Source of the DNA: Octopus sinensis
Lineage: Eukaryota
NCBI RefSeq assembly: GCF_006345805.1
Contig: NC_043008.1
Span: 54,312,001-54,376,000, forward strand
Length of the DNA stretch: 64,000 nt
Direction: 5' to 3'
The notes below the pieces were generated by a model. That model searched no databases. It worked only from the letters and a program-made list of their open reading frames with translations, and was not told where the DNA came from. Both the position numbers and the translations under genes were made by a program. The number at the start of each line of letters is the position of its first letter. Positions within the stretch are counted from its first letter, which is position 1. Shown piece after piece: positions 54,420 through 64,000 of this stretch.

Positions 54420-54936
54420 CCCTTTCAACAGTGCTCCACGCGTGTGGCCGTTGGCTCCTCTACAGATGGCTAGGGCGTCATCTCTGTAGATGCCGAAAAG
54501 GACCGAAGGAAACCTCTTCCCTAAGGTGTCCAGGGTGTACAGTCCGATAAGATAACATATGTTGGCGTTTTCATATGCTCCCATGGCTACATCAATGGAT
54601 CCCTCGGGGTCAGATTGGTTGACCCAAGTCGAATCTTTGGCATGCATGATGACTCTAACATCCCTATCACTAATATCTGTGAATCCCCTGGCTAAGGAAA
54701 GTGCCTTCAATAATAACTCTTTAGTGATAGATGGATAAAAATCAACAATGTTGAACTGTGCAAATCTAGCCCTGCCTGTATCCCGGTTAGCAATGAACCA
54801 TGAGGTCACTTCATTGGTGCTGCGCCATAGACGGAGGCTCGTGTGTCTTCTTGTGTCATCATTAATCCTCCTCAGGATATACTTACTCGCCTGGCACTCT
54901 CGGACTTGGCCGGGTTGATCAGGCGGCATTTGGGGT
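54420..54936 (-). mobile_element. Penelope-like element RT fragment (YRDD type) in amt intron 1
   Basis: PKCRLINPAKSE (frameshift) SKYILRRIN...WRST.EV..WF...QFNIVDFYPSI..LL.KAL...DVAMGAYE.A..C.LIGLY.L...GIYRDDALA. Confidence 0.85.
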
Positions 54937-54994
<58 letters not shown>

Positions 54995-55475
54995 TAGATA
55001 GATAGATAGATCGATAGACATATGTTCGTATGTACATAGTATACATATACCTTCACATGCGCACACATACATACACATTCACTCACACTCAACGCAACAA
55101 AGAGGTATTTAATGTAATCAATCGATGGATTAATCATACGGGTAATTAATTAATTAATAGGTTTACTTATATATTTATTGATTCAATGCCAACACCCTAC
55201 GTTCTACGTTTCCTCCAATTAATATATCTTTTTCACATAAATTACTGTTCGATTGTCCCTCTTTTACGTTTCTTAGAAATGTCGATCGGCTGATAAAGCA
55301 AGTATGGAAGGATGTAAGTGGTATAACTGTTTAGATGTACAGCTGGGAGAGGATGAGCCGTTGAAGAGGAGCCGCTTGTCTTGTCTTTGATTATCGGCTG
55401 CCAACGTACTGCGATGCTGTAACAGTCCGCTTGTCAATACGGCACTGGTTTATCACGTGCCGGGTTGCACGTGAC

Positions 55476-55710
55476 GGTGGTGGTGGTGGTGGTGGTGGTG
55501 GTTGAGGTGGAGATGGTGGTGGTGGTGGAGATGGTGGTGGTGGTGGTGGTTGAGGTGGAGGTGGTGGTGGTGGTGGTGGTGGTGGTTGAGGTGGAGATGG
55601 TGGTGGTGGTGGAGATGGTGGTGGTGGTGGTGGTTGAGGTGGAGGTGGTGGTGGTGGGTGGTGGTGGTGGTGTGGTGGTGGTGGTGGTGGTGGTGGTGGT
55701 GGTGGTGGTA
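55476..55710 (+). repeat. (GGT)n tract with an 84-bp higher-order duplication
   Basis: GTTGAGGTGGAGATGG at 55501 and 55585. Confidence 0.9.
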
Positions 55711-55934
55711 AGGAGGAAGGACAATCACTAATGCGGGTAGTGATGACGAAGAAGGGGATAGTTTCAGTAATGATCATGATGACGGTGACGGCAGCGAGGA
55801 CGACGACGAGGAGGAGGAGGAGAAGAAGAGGGGGGGTCGTCGTTGTCATCATCATCATCATCATCATCATAATAATGACGGTGATGATGCTATTCTTGAT
55901 GAAGATGGCTACGGTGATAATATTGATGATGATG

Positions 55935-57410
55935 AACCAAATTAGGTCGTCTAGCTTCTATTATTCTGTCAGTCTGAATGTTAAAGTCCCACAACATCTT
56001 ATATTTCCTACTTTCTAGTGCTCTACTAGGCTCATACCATTTATCAGTATGTTCAAATCCTAGCTATCTACATAGCTCCCAGTGGATTTCTCTCCTTAGA
56101 TTCTCATGTCTTTTCTTGTATTCTTTCTATGCCAGCATACTATATGAGTAACGCTTTCCTCTTTTGATTTACATAATCTACACTGGGAATCTACTTGGTT
56201 TTTGTCTATCTTGCTTTTTACCCAGTTAGTCCTTAATGCTTGATCTTGTGCAGCTACTAACAAACTTCCTGTCTCCCTCTTCAGCTTTCCTTTCTGCAAC
56301 TATAGCCATGTCTCACTAATACTATTCGCTGCAACTATCTTTGGGAATCTACCATGCAACGCCTTCTCCTGCTATTCAGATAATTTCTGTTCTTTTTCTG
56401 ATTCGTTAGGGTCTTTGGTTTCCCTATGTTTTGCTGTGACTCTAGCAGCTTTTAATAAACTTTTTCACTATTACCTACATCTACTCTACCTAACTCTTCT
56501 GCTGGTATTAACCCTCTTCCGCCTTCTTTTCTAGGTAGGTATAATCTTGCTACTCCTGCCCTTGGGTGGAGTCCTCCACTCATATTGAATTCCTTCCTAG
56601 TTCTAACTTTGCTAATTCAGTTTTTGTCCAATCTACAAAAGTTGCTGAGTATCTAAATAATGATACAGCCTTCACTTGATTCGGACCATTTAGCTTTGAC
56701 TTCATTAGCTTCCTCACCCTTCTGATATACTCCTTCTCAATTTTCGTTTTCATTTTTGTAGTTAGTATGCTGTCAGATTCTAATACTCCTAGATACTTAT
56801 AACTCTCTCCTCCTTTCAACGATTTTAATATCTGACAATATGCTAATTGGATTCCTTCGCTGCTGACTACCTGTCCCCTTCTCATGACTAATATTACACA
56901 CTTATCTATCCCAAATTCCATGCCTATATCTTTATTGAAGAGTCTTACAGTCTGTATTAAGGAATCTGTCTCTTTTTCATTCTTACTAAAAAGCTTCAGT
57001 TCAACCATATAGAGCAAATGGTTAATTTTTCCATTACTATTTCTAAACTGATGCTCTGCCTTTGCCTCCCTTGATACTAAACTGAAGGTGATCAAACATA
57101 AGACAAATATTAAAGGGAACAACGGAACCCCCTGGAAAATTCCTCTTTTGATATTAACTTCCCCTAAGACTGTGTCACCTGAGTAGAGATCTACCTTCCA
57201 TGTCTTTACGCTACAGCTATGCTGAATATCCTCAAGCATTCACTTATCCATGAATGTGGGATCATGTCATAGGCTTTCCTATAACCTATCCATACTGATG
57301 TTGGATTTTGGTCTATAATTACTAGCTGTATTACCCTTCCTCTTATATTTCATGATGAGTATTATCCTCTCTCTAGTCTCCAATCTGGTATTATTCCTCC
57401 ATTAAGGCAA
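55935..57410 (-). mobile_element. R4/Dong-type LINE fragment (RT through knuckle and endonuclease)
   Basis: DYRKAYDMIPH; KRGIFQG..FPLIF; INHLLYM..LKLF; GMEFGIDKC; YKYLGVLE; AAQDQALRT; CRLC..KEESVTHIV; LWDFNIQTD..IEARRP. Confidence 0.9.
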
Positions 57411-57600
57411 TCTTAAATCATTATTAAATTCCGCCGAGGTCGACTTTGCCTTTCATTCTTTCGGAGTCAATAAATAAGGTACCAGTGAAACACTGGAGTC
57501 GATGTAGTAGACTAGTCCCCTCGTCCCAAATTTCACTCCTTGTGCTCAGTAGAAAAGATTGTTGTTGTTGTTGTTGTTGTTGTTTCTGCTGCTGCTGTTT

Positions 57601-57631
<31 letters not shown>

Positions 57632-57660
57632 CGTCGTCGTCGTTGTTGCTGTTGTTGTTA

Positions 57661-57868
57661 AGGCGTTGAGTTGGCAGAAACGTTAGCACGCCGGGCAAAA
57701 TGCTTAGCGGCATTCCGTCTGTCTTTACGTTTTGGGCTCAAATGCCACCGAGGTCGACTTTGCTTTTCATCTTTTCGGGGTCGATAAAATAAGTACCAGT
57801 TGGATCCTGGGGGTCGATGTAATCGACTAGTCCCCTTTCAGGCCTTGTGCCTATAATAAAAAGGATTA
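57661..57868 (+). mobile_element. SINE family B, monomer
   Basis: Head, CORE and tail, preceded by a (GTT)n tract; a 5'-truncated copy lies at 57423-57558. Confidence 0.8.
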
Positions 57869-57874
57869 TCATTA

Positions 57875-58580
57875 TTCTTGTCATGGTGTCGGACGCCTTC
57901 GAAGTCGAGACAGTCGGCACCATCCTAAAGGAATATGAGTCGGTTGTAGGGGCTAAAATCAATGCCGACAAATCAATGGGTTTGTAAAGGGACTCCTGGA
58001 GAGGCAGATCGATGCCATCGGACGCTGGACCAACAGACCAGTTAAACTACTTGGAGTTTGGTTTGGCCCCGACCTCCAAGTTGATTAGAACTGGGACGAG
58101 GTGTTGAAGAAGGTGGTCAGTCTTACCCAGAAATGAGCTAAGAAGCTGTCCCTGAAAGGTCAGGCAGAGGTGGCGAATGTCTACATCGCCTCCATTATCA
58201 TTTATCGCCTAACCATTGTGCCTTGTCCTGGTTACTGCTTGACCAGGGTTGGAGCGTTTCTTAGTTAAATTCTTGTGTAAGGGAAGCGTTCTAATGGCCA
58301 GGTTGTCAGTCTGTTGTCAGCAATCTCTGAGTGGCGAATTGGGTATACCTTGGCTCCTAATGCGCAGACACGCTCTTAGGTTACACCACCAGTAAACAAT
58401 TTCTGGACGGTGAGTGTGTGTGGACTACGTTTGTAAGATTCATCTTTCCGCAGCTCGTCTCCTTGACGATGCTGCAGTCCTGGGTGAAAATAGACCGAGA
58501 TTGGGCATCTGGCACCTAGAATATCATCAGGTGCTCACAGCCCTCTACCAACCGGGCAACGGGATCGGTGGATGTTCCGC
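57875..58580 (+). mobile_element. Tx1/L1-clade LINE fragment (post-RT region)
   Basis: YESVVGAKINADKSMGL..SW...W..RPVKLLGVWFGPDL...NWDEV.....KLSLKG.AEVANVYIASII.YRL. Confidence 0.7.
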
Positions 58581-58587
58581 TTTAAAA

Positions 58588-58985
58588 GGCGGCGAGCTGG
58601 CAGAAACGTTAGCACGCCGGGCGAAATGCGTAGCCGTTTTTCGTCTACCGCTACGTTCTGAGTTCCAATTCCGCCGAGGTCGACTTTGCCTTTCATCCTT
58701 TCGGGGTCGATAAATTAAGCACCAGTTACGCACTGGGGTCGATATAATCGACTTAATCCCTTGTCTGTCTGTGTTTGTCCTCCCTGTGTTTAGCCCCTTG
58801 TGGGTAGTAAAGAAATGGGTATTTCGTCTGTCTTTATGTTCTGAGTTCCAACTCCGCCGAGGTCGACTTTGCCTTTCATCCTTTCGGGGGTCGATAAATT
58901 AAGTACCAGTTGCGTACTGGGGTCGATCTAATCGACTGGCCCCCCTCCCCAAAAATGTCGGGCCTTGTGCCTAAAGTTGCAAAGA
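58588..58985 (+). mobile_element. CORE-type SINE family B, dimer (head + unit + second body with the ordinary tail)
   Basis: Junction GTAAAGAAATGGGTATTTCGTCTG at ~58807-58830 matches the junction in the 25.7-26.5 kb array. Confidence 0.85.
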
Positions 58986-59175
58986 TTACTATTATTATTG
59001 CTGTTGTTTTTGTTATTATTATCATCATCCTCATCATCATCATCATCATCATCAACATCAGCATCAGCAGCAGCAGCATTATTATTATTATTATCATTAT
59101 CATCATCATCATCATCATCATCATATCATCATCATCATCATAAGCAGCAGCAGCATTATTAATATTATAATTATT

Positions 59176-59225
<50 letters not shown>

Positions 59226-59876
59226 TACTTAACTGCCTAGCTATTTACTTAATAAACTTAATGGCGACTGCGTTGAAAGAAGGAGAGAAAAAAAAACGGC
59301 CATCCGTCAATCCAATCCATTAAGGCTATTTAACGCTAAGTAAACTAGCATAATATATAAAAATAAAACATTATCTTTTTTCCATATAACGCTGTATTAT
59401 TTTATCAATAATAAACACCAGCAAATATGTACAGTAATGATTCGGCTTTATGTCGCTATAACTTCTTTGTCGCTAAAATATTTAGCCTCTCAAGCATTCC
59501 GTGTTTGTTTTTAGTTAGTGTTTTCGTTGTTCTCTAATACAATATCAACTATAATCGAGAAGAATTATATTCAAAGGCGTTCCATCCGCGACCATCGTGA
59601 TTTTTCTCTTACCATCAACAGACTTCAGATAAACTAAGCTTTAGATTTTTCTTTTTCCGGGAACGTTTGAAAGTCGGAGCAGATAAAACTATAAAAAAAT
59701 AACGTCTGTTTTCTTCCTTTTTTCTCTTATTTCGTTAAACATTTTCTTAAACATTTGTTGTTGCTGTTGTTGGCAGTGTTAGTTTTGTTCTTATTTTCTG
59801 TTGTATATATTGAAATGTTCTATGATCTACGACTGATCACTAGAGGCTTCTTGATTTATTATTATTATTATTATTA

Positions 59877-59939
<63 letters not shown>

Positions 59940-59963
59940 TATTATTACTACTGCTACTACTAT

Positions 59964-59994
<31 letters not shown>

Positions 59995-60205
59995 GCGACG
60001 AGCTGGCAGAATCGTTAGCACGCCGGGCGAAATGCTTGATGGTATTTCATCCGTCTCTCTATTCTGAGTTCAAATTCCGTCGAGTCCGACTTTGCCTTGT
60101 ATCCTTTCGGGGTCGATAAATTAAGTACCAGTGGAACACCGGGGTCGAATAATCGACTAGTCCCCTCCCCCAAATTTCAGGCCTTGTGCCTATAATAGAA
60201 AGGAT
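59995..60205 (+). mobile_element. SINE family B, monomer
   Basis: Head, CORE and tail, lying between (CTA/TTA)n tracts. Confidence 0.8.
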
Positions 60206-60227
60206 TATAATAGTAATAATAATAATA

Positions 60228-60274
<47 letters not shown>

Positions 60275-60724
60275 CATTATTATTACTAGCAGAAAGACCG
60301 CCTTCCGGGCGGTTTTCTGCTAGCCACTCGATAATATTTCCACATTTGATTCCCAATTCTGATCATTTTTATGATATCTTATGTCTAATTATTTCTTTGT
60401 ATAACAGGGCTCACTTGCTTAGTAAATATTGCTTTCATTATTTTATCACACTTTTTTAAGCAAACGTCAATGTAGTCTAACTACGTTTAATGTCCAAGAA
60501 AATAGCAGCGATCACATAGAGATATTTTAATACCTATAGTGTATCAAATAGCCATAGCAACAGATTCACTTGCTAATTCTCAGATAACAACGGAAAGGAA
60601 ATAAGTCATACAAGTTCGGAGCTTCAGTAAGTTTTAATAAGTTGCCCAATATAATTTATTTTCAGTATGTATAAAACAATAAACAGGGCCCCGACAATTA
60701 TTGGTACTACTGCTACTTTTTTCA

Positions 60725-60885
60725 TCGATCACAACTGCTTAACTTCCCAAGCTAACATGTCATATCTCTCGACTTTTCTTTCTTCCTTATCGCATACCGT
60801 GTTGTCAGCTGGGCATGCTATATCTATGATCCGGTGTAGTTTGTTTTCTTTCTCAATTAAGACTATGTCCGGCTTACTATTGTTA
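60725..60885 (-). mobile_element. R4/Dong endonuclease fragment
   Basis: KPDIVLIEKENK..RIIDIACPAD..V..KEERKVERY..LAWEVKQL. Confidence 0.75.
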
Positions 60886-61219
60886 TTATTATTATCATCA
60901 TCATCATCATTCAACATTTGGTAGTTTCGGGAAAATTTCTACTGCATCATCTGCTGCCCCTCCGAATTCCTGAGGTGTGTTCAGCATTGTGTGTTCTTTT
61001 TAGTTGGGGAAGTGCAAACTTTTCCCGGTATTGGATTGCATCAGTTTCTTTTTTTTGCGAACTGGTGCAGTCTCTTGTTGTATCTGTGTTTGTATTGTGT
61101 ATAACAGGCTATAGTACTAATAATCCACACACACACACACATATGTATTATATATATATATATATATATAGATATACGCACACACATACATACATATACA
61201 TACATACGTACATAGATAC

Positions 61220-61723
61220 AGGCGTAGGAGTGGCTGTGTGGTAAGTAGCTTGCTTACGAACCACATGGTTCCTGATTCAGTTCCACTGTGTGGCACCTTG
61301 GGCAAGTGTCTTCTATTATAGCCTGGGGCCGACCAAAGCCTTGTGAGTGGATTTGGCAGGCGGAAACTGAAAGAAACCCGCCGTATATGTGTGTCTTTCT
61401 ATCTTTCTACGCCCTTCTCAAGCCTAGCCAGGCTCATGGGCCCGGTTTCCCGGTTTCTGTGGCATATGTGTTCCACCCAGCTGGACGGGATGCCAGTCCA
61501 TCGCAGTGTTACTCAAGAAACAAGAAGACAGAGTGAGAGAAAGTTATGGCGAAAGAGTACAACAGGGGTCGCCACCCCAACTGGCGGGGCCTCGTGGAGC
61601 TTTTAGCTCAATAAACACACACAATGCCCGGTTTGGAAATCGAAGCTGAGATCTTCCGACCGCTAGTCCGCTGCCCTAGCCACTGGGCCATTGCGCCACA
61701 CGTATATGTGTGTATATATATAA

Positions 61724-61761
<38 letters not shown>

Positions 61762-61950
61762 TTTTGTCCCCCAACATCGCTTGACAACCGATGCTGGCGT
61801 GTTTATGTCCCCGTAACTTAGCGGTTCGGCAAAAGAGAACGATAGAATATGTACTAGGCTTACAAAGAATAAATCCTGGGGTCGATGTAGTCGACTAAAG
61901 GCGGTGCTCCAGCATGACCACAGTCAAATGACTGAAACGAGTAAAAGAGA
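61220..61950 (+). mobile_element. SINE family C, full length, host of the nested family A copy
   Basis: Head at 61220-61385, tail at 61730-61950. Confidence 0.85.
61395..61700 (-). mobile_element. SINE family A (tail type 2) nested in a family C SINE
   Basis: 13-bp TSD CGTATATGTGTGT at 61382-61394 and 61701-61713. Confidence 0.85.
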
Positions 61951-61989
61951 GTATACATACATATATTCATACATACATACATAAAGTTT

Positions 61990-62520
61990 GTCTGCTCTGG
62001 GTATAATTCTCTAATCTCAGTGTGGTTATTAATTAGTAAGATATTAAATGGCAGTGTTAATTAATCTTCTCAGTAAGTTCGCTTTGGTGCCTTTTTCTTT
62101 CTAATCCGAATGCCATATTTATTTCTTTGGTAAATCCGTGTACTATATGTGGTAGTGTTTCTAGTTATCATTTGCTGCATACAACTAGAAATTATTAACG
62201 TGCAAGAGATGGTTGATTGTCACAATATAACATAGTATCTACGTCTAGTTCTGTTCAGCATGGTAGTCACAGGCATCGACACCAGACAGAGAGGGAACAG
62301 AGAGAAAAGAGACGTTTGGAATATTCCTTCTTATGTCTGTAACTGTTTCATAACTTTTTCTCTGTTACTTGTGGTACCTTATTGATGACTGGGTAGTTTT
62401 CTCTCCCATTGACAAACATCTTTCTTGCTGAAATTTTATTATGTGCTTTATTATTGCCATTCAATGTAAACTCCAATTTTTTTAGGTGTATTTTATCATT
62501 TTATTATCAATGCTTTGGGA
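61990..62520 (-). mobile_element. Decayed R4/Dong-type RT fragment
   Basis: Minus strand INHLLHVNNF*LYAAND (compare INHLLYMDDLKLY) and HIVHGFTKEINMAFGLE. Confidence 0.6.
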
Positions 62521-62603
62521 CCACATGACCAAGAAAAGAAATCATAATTATAATCATCATCATCATCATCATAATTATTGTTTTATCGTCCTCCTCCACG
62601 TAT

Positions 62604-62795
62604 CGGCAGAATCGTGCACGCCGGGCAAAATGCTTAGCGGTACTTCGTCTGTCTCTACATTCTAAGTTCAAATTCTGCCGAGGTCGATTTTACCTTTCAT
62701 CATTTCGGGGTCGATAAAATAAGTACCATTTGAACACTGGAGTCTATGTACTCGGCCAGCTCCTTCCCTAAATTTTCAAAACTTGTGCTTGTAGT
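62604..62795 (+). mobile_element. SINE family B, diverged monomer
   Basis: GGCAGAATCGT...GCCGGGCAAAATGCTTAGCGG...GGTCGATAAAATAAGTACC. Confidence 0.75.
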
Positions 62796-63067
62796 AGAAA
62801 AGATCAGCAGCCAAACCTTCTTTACATCACATCTTGCAATCCTAGAAAACGGAGTCATATCTATCCAGAATAAAGGAATACAGGTTAATAATAAGATGTG
62901 GCCTAGAGTTAAGCAACGACAAAACTGCAAACCCTCTTGATTCTGATTTCTTTAATACAAATTTACCATCACAGTCAGCTTTTGATGTCTTCTTTTTAGG
63001 GGCTTTGTTTGTTTGTCTGGTTTTTTTTCCTAAAACAAATTAAAGATAAAAATTCTTTATCTTGCAG

Positions 63068-63334
63068 GTTTTGGTCTTCTTGAAAGTGGCTCTGTGTCTT
63101 CGAAGAATGAAGTGAATATCATGGTAAAAAACGCAGTCGACGTGATTGTCGGGGGGTTGTCATTCTGGATGTTTGGGTATGCCCTGGTCTATGGTGAAGA
63201 CTTCGGAATCAGCAACCCGTTTTTTGGATGGGGAGACTTTTTCGTCTCTACCCGATCGAGGGATGTCGGCTGGGTTTACTCAAAGTTCTTCTTCACTGCT
63301 TCTTTTGCTACGACTGCGACAACGATTGTATCAG
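63068..63334 (+). CDS. amt: Ammonium transporter (Amt family), coding exon 2 (267 bp, phase 1-1)
   Basis: Pyrimidine-rich acceptor TTCTTTATCTTGCAG|GT; translates (G)FGLLESGSVSSKNEVNIMVKNAVDVIVGGLSFWMFGYALVYGEDFGISNPFFGWGDFFVSTRSRDVGWVYSKFFFTASFATTATTIVS(G); donor CAG|GTACGA. Matches Amt motifs GFGLLESG, KN..N...KN..D, FW.FGY, FA.TA.TIVSG. Confidence 0.93.
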
Positions 63335-63384
63335 GTACGATAATGTTTGTTGCATTTAATAATCAAGCATATGTCAGATGAAAT

Positions 63385-64000
63385 AAAATATCGTATTAAA
63401 TGTTAAATATAGTATATCTGTGCCAATCGCCAACAAAAATCGACAAAAATCGACAAAAATATTGTATTAAATGTTAAATATAGTATATCTGTGCCAATCG
63501 CCAACAAAAATCGACAAAAATCGACAAAAATATTGTATTAAATGTTAAATATAGTATATCTGTGACAATCGCCAACAAAAATCGAGAAAAATCGACAAAA
63601 ATATCGTATTAAATGTTAAATATAGTATATCTGTGCTAATCGCCAACAAAAATCGACAAAAATCGACAAAAATATTGTATTAAATGTTAAATATAGTATA
63701 TCTGTGCCAATCGCCAACAAAAATCGACAAAAATCGACAAAAATATTGTATTAAATGTTAAATATAGTATATCTGTGCCAATCGCCAACAAAAATCGACA
63801 AAAATCGACAAAAATATTGTATTAAATGTTAAATATAGTATATCTGTGACAATCGCCAACAAAAATCGAGAAAAATCGACAAAAATATCGTATTAAATGT
63901 TAAATATAGTATATCTGTGCCAATCGCCAACAAAAATCGACAAAAATCGACAAAAATATTGTATTAAATGTTAAATATAGTATATCTGTGCCAATCGCCG
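63385..64000. repeat. 71-bp minisatellite, at least 8.7 copies, in amt intron 2
   Basis: TG(C/A)(C/T)AATCG recurs at 63421, 63492, 63563, 63634, 63705, 63776, 63847, 63918, 63989. Confidence 0.95.

Noticed and set aside
63094-63381. ORF-track call MSSKNEV...AYVR as a complete protein
   Set aside because: It starts inside exon 2 and runs into intron 2; the true boundaries are 63068 and 63334.

Overview
Eukaryotic, AT-rich, repeat-saturated DNA. The repeat complement (tRNA-derived SINEs, dense (TA)n/(TACA)n/(TAA)n/(GATA)n tracts) looks like an octopus/coleoid cephalopod genome; this is inferred, not verified. The only host gene I can support is an Amt-family ammonium transporter on the + strand: coding exon 1 at 48616-48733 and exon 2 at 63068-63334, joined across a 14.3 kb GT-AG intron; the gene continues past the window. 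Everything else is mobile or repetitive DNA: several tRNA-derived SINE families, two different Penelope-like (PLE) RT relics, R4/Dong-type and Tx1-type LINE fragments, mariner-superfamily relics, pogo- and piggyBac-like MITEs, a non-autonomous Helitron, fold-back elements, and mini/microsatellites. Almost all ORFs in the supplied track are microsatellite artefacts. No CRISPR array, rRNA or genuine tRNA gene was found. Top leads: (1) minimal type I hammerhead ribozyme motifs in a 144-bp inverted repeat pair at ~30 kb; (2) a SINE head plus four 186-bp units enclosed by one 14-bp target-site duplication, with the same unit junction at an independent locus; (3) SINEs built from interchangeable head and tail modules; (4) fold-backs sharing one terminus, which also lies next to a hammerhead-like motif.
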